Assembly: GCA_028820505.1 (NCBI GenBank)
Contig: JAPPIT010000017.1
Location: 1,409-65,408, forward strand
Source of the DNA: Defluviicoccus sp.
GTDB lineage: Bacteria; Pseudomonadota; Alphaproteobacteria; MPNO01
DNA: 64,000 nucleotides
Direction: 5' to 3'
Part shown: one piece after another, positions 62,300 through 64,000 of the stretch
How positions within the stretch are numbered: the first letter of the stretch is position 1
How the letters are laid out: every line of letters starts with the position of its first letter
Program-made: the position numbers and the translations under genes
Notes under the pieces: model-generated
Databases searched by the model: none
Told to the model about the DNA's origin: nothing
Seen by the model: the letters and a program-made list of their open reading frames with translations, nothing else

Positions 62300-62690
62300 C
62301 TACATGCCCATGTCGAAATCGCGCGACTTCTGCTTCGCGCCGGCGGCCTTTTCGAGTTCGGACTCGCGGGAAACGCCCCGTCCGGACTCGCCGCCACGGT
62401 CGAGTCCGCCATCCTTGGCGCCCGATTCCTTCCCGCTTCGCTCGCGATCCGTGGAGCGGGCGGCCGATTTGCCGTCGCGGTCCCGGCCGGCTTCGCGCTC
62501 GCCCCGATGCTCGCGACCGCGCCCGCGACCGGATTCGCGCTCAATTCCATCGCGCAAAGGATGTCCGCGACCGTCCTGGCGTTCCGGTTCGAGGCCCCTG
62601 TCCATCGCGTCAGGAGCGCGTGTCAGGCGATTCGCCTCCCGGTCATGGCCCGCGCCGCGCTCGAACACGGCCGCCCAGGCGGCCTGTTTC
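62300..62690 (-). pseudogene. C-terminal remnant of a conjugative relaxase-like protein, 5' part cut off by IS1182
   Basis: Open frame ...AAWAAVFERGAGHDRE...ERESGRGRGREHRGERE...EKAAGAKQKSRDFDMGM-stop; the frame continues up to the IS end at 62691. Confidence 0.5.
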
Positions 62691-64000
62691 GAGACTGTGA
62701 AAGTATTTCTGTGAGCCCGAACAGGGCGGACCTGTGAGCCGATGACGGAGATCGCGACGAACCAAGTGCTGACGACGGCGAATGAAGCAGTCTTTGTCCG
62801 CCCGTTCCCTGGTTTCCCGCAGCCCACAAATGCTACGCTCGTCGGCGACCCAGGCAGCCACAAGGTTTACCGCGATGCCGGAGCGGCGTTACCGGGAGGT
62901 GCGGTCTCGAAGCGAGTTGATGCTTCTTCCGCCCTGCGTGGACGACTATGTGTCCCAACACAATCCGGTGCGGGCGATCGATGCGTTCGTCGGCACGCTG
63001 GATTTGGAGGAGTTGGGTTTCCGGCATGCGGAAGAACACTGCGGGGCCGGCCAGCCGGCCTACGATCCGGGACTGCTGCTGAAGCTTTACCTGTACGGCT
63101 ATCAACACCGGTTGCGCAGTTCGCGCCGGTTGGAAGCGGAGACGCGACGGAACCTGGAGGTGATCTGGCTGTGGCAGGGGGCCACGCCGAGCTACAAGAC
63201 GATCGCGGATTTCCGCAAGAGCAATGCGTCTGCGCTGCGGGCAGCCAACCGGGAGTTCATTCTGCTATGCCGGGAGTTGTCGCTTCTTGAGGGTCGCCGG
63301 GTGGCTGTCGACGGGACTTTTCTGAAGGCCAATGCAAATGCGGACAGCATCCATACGGAGGCAAGTCTGGGAAAGGGTCTGAAGCGTCTGGACGAAAAGA
63401 TTGCCGAGTATCACAGGCAGATGGACGAGGCGGATGCGGGATCGGAGGATGGAGCGGACGGCGGGGAGGATCCGGAACTGGCGGCGAAGATCGAGGCTCT
63501 GGTGGAGAGGCGCAAGCACAAGGAGGCTTTGCGGGAACGCTTGCAGGCAAGCGGGGAGAGCCAGATATCGGAGGTCGATCCCGATGCGCGGGTGCTGAGG
63601 AAGTCCGGTAAGGCAGTGGGCGGCTACAACTGCCAGATCGCGGTGGACGACCGGTACAAGCTGATTGTCGCCGAGGATGTCGTGCAGGACGGCAATGATG
63701 CCGTTCAGCTGGAGCCGATGATGACGAAAGCCGGCGAAGCCATGGGCGCCGAGCGGCTGACCGGTCTGGCGGATACCGGTTACTTCAGCCGCGAACAGTT
63801 GAAGAGTTGTGAGGACAAGGGCCTGGACGTATACGTGCCGATAGCGACAAATCGGCCCCGAAGGGGCAAAGGCGACGTCAAGCGATTCAGCATAGACGAT
63901 TTCCGTTACGACGCCCGGAATGACACATATGTTTGCCCTGCCGGTCAGCGGCTGACTCGAGGGGGATCGCGTCGCATAAAGGACGGCAAGCCGCATTTCA
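62691..64000 (+). mobile_element. IS1182-family insertion sequence (left end; right end outside window)
   Basis: The terminus GAGACTGTGAAA resembles IS1182-type ends as I recall them; a transposase ORF follows. Confidence 0.85.
62875..64000 (+). CDS. IS1182-family DDE transposase (partial)
   Basis: Hand translation: MPERRY...PAYDPGLLLKLYLYGY...SSRRLE...NLEVIWL..GATPSYKTIADFRK, VAVDGT.LKANA, DPDAR, GYNCQ, ADTGY and Y.CPAGQ. Confidence 0.95.
   Translation, partial: MPERRYREVRSRSELMLLPPCVDDYVSQHNPVRAIDAFVGTLDLEELGFRHAEEHCGAGQPAYDPGLLLKLYLYGYQHRLRSSRRLEAETRRNLEVIWLWQGATPSYKTIADFRKSNASALRAANREFILLCRELSLLEGRRVAVDGTFLKANANADSIHTEASLGKGLKRLDEKIAEYHRQMDEADAGSEDGADGGEDPELAAKIEALVERRKHKEALRERLQASGESQISEVDPDARVLRKSGKAVGGYNCQIAVDDRYKLIVAEDVVQDGNDAVQLEPMMTKAGEAMGAERLTGLADTGYFSREQLKSCEDKGLDVYVPIATNRPRRGKGDVKRFSIDDFRYDARNDTYVCPAGQRLTRGGSRRIKDGKPHF

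Noticed and set aside
62095-62700. 201-aa plus-strand ORF
   Set aside because: No motifs; mostly antisense to the relaxase-like remnant and ends inside the IS terminus.

Overview
High-GC alphaproteobacterial chromosome segment, most like Rhodospirillales judging by gene order and class I LysRS; this is inferred, not searched. From ~20 to ~62 kb it is mostly housekeeping: atpHAGDC, rppH-ctpA-envC-rlmH-rsfS, nadD-proA-proB-obgE-rpmA-rplU, priA-fsa-DUF484-xerC, lpdA-sucB-sucA-sucD-sucC-mdh-zapE, dinG and lysS. Two accessory blocks interrupt it: a TauD plus TRAP cassette between nadD and rsfS, and a complete four-gene Anbu / transglutaminase / alpha-E / cp-ATP-grasp operon between priA and rplU. 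The left 20 kb is accessory catabolism. It holds a tight ODP-msrB-flavin monooxygenase-molybdo-hydroxylase operon, a ParD/ParE-like toxin-antitoxin pair and a DMT-UbiD-FrmA-Ldh_2 run. It also holds the most interesting cluster, pyrK-pyrD(1B)-M20 carbamoylase-pyrC-pyrE-ABC transporter, which reads as an orotate uptake, salvage and reductive degradation pathway with a candidate ureidosuccinase. The right end is a mobile-DNA junction: a REP-like doublet overlapping the lysS stop and cut mid-unit, a lower-GC non-coding stretch, a relaxase-like C-terminal remnant, and an IS1182 element running off the window. I saw no rRNA, tRNA or CRISPR array. Most ORFs in the supplied track are GC-rich shadow frames. 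Several starts were re-called by hand and are approximate.
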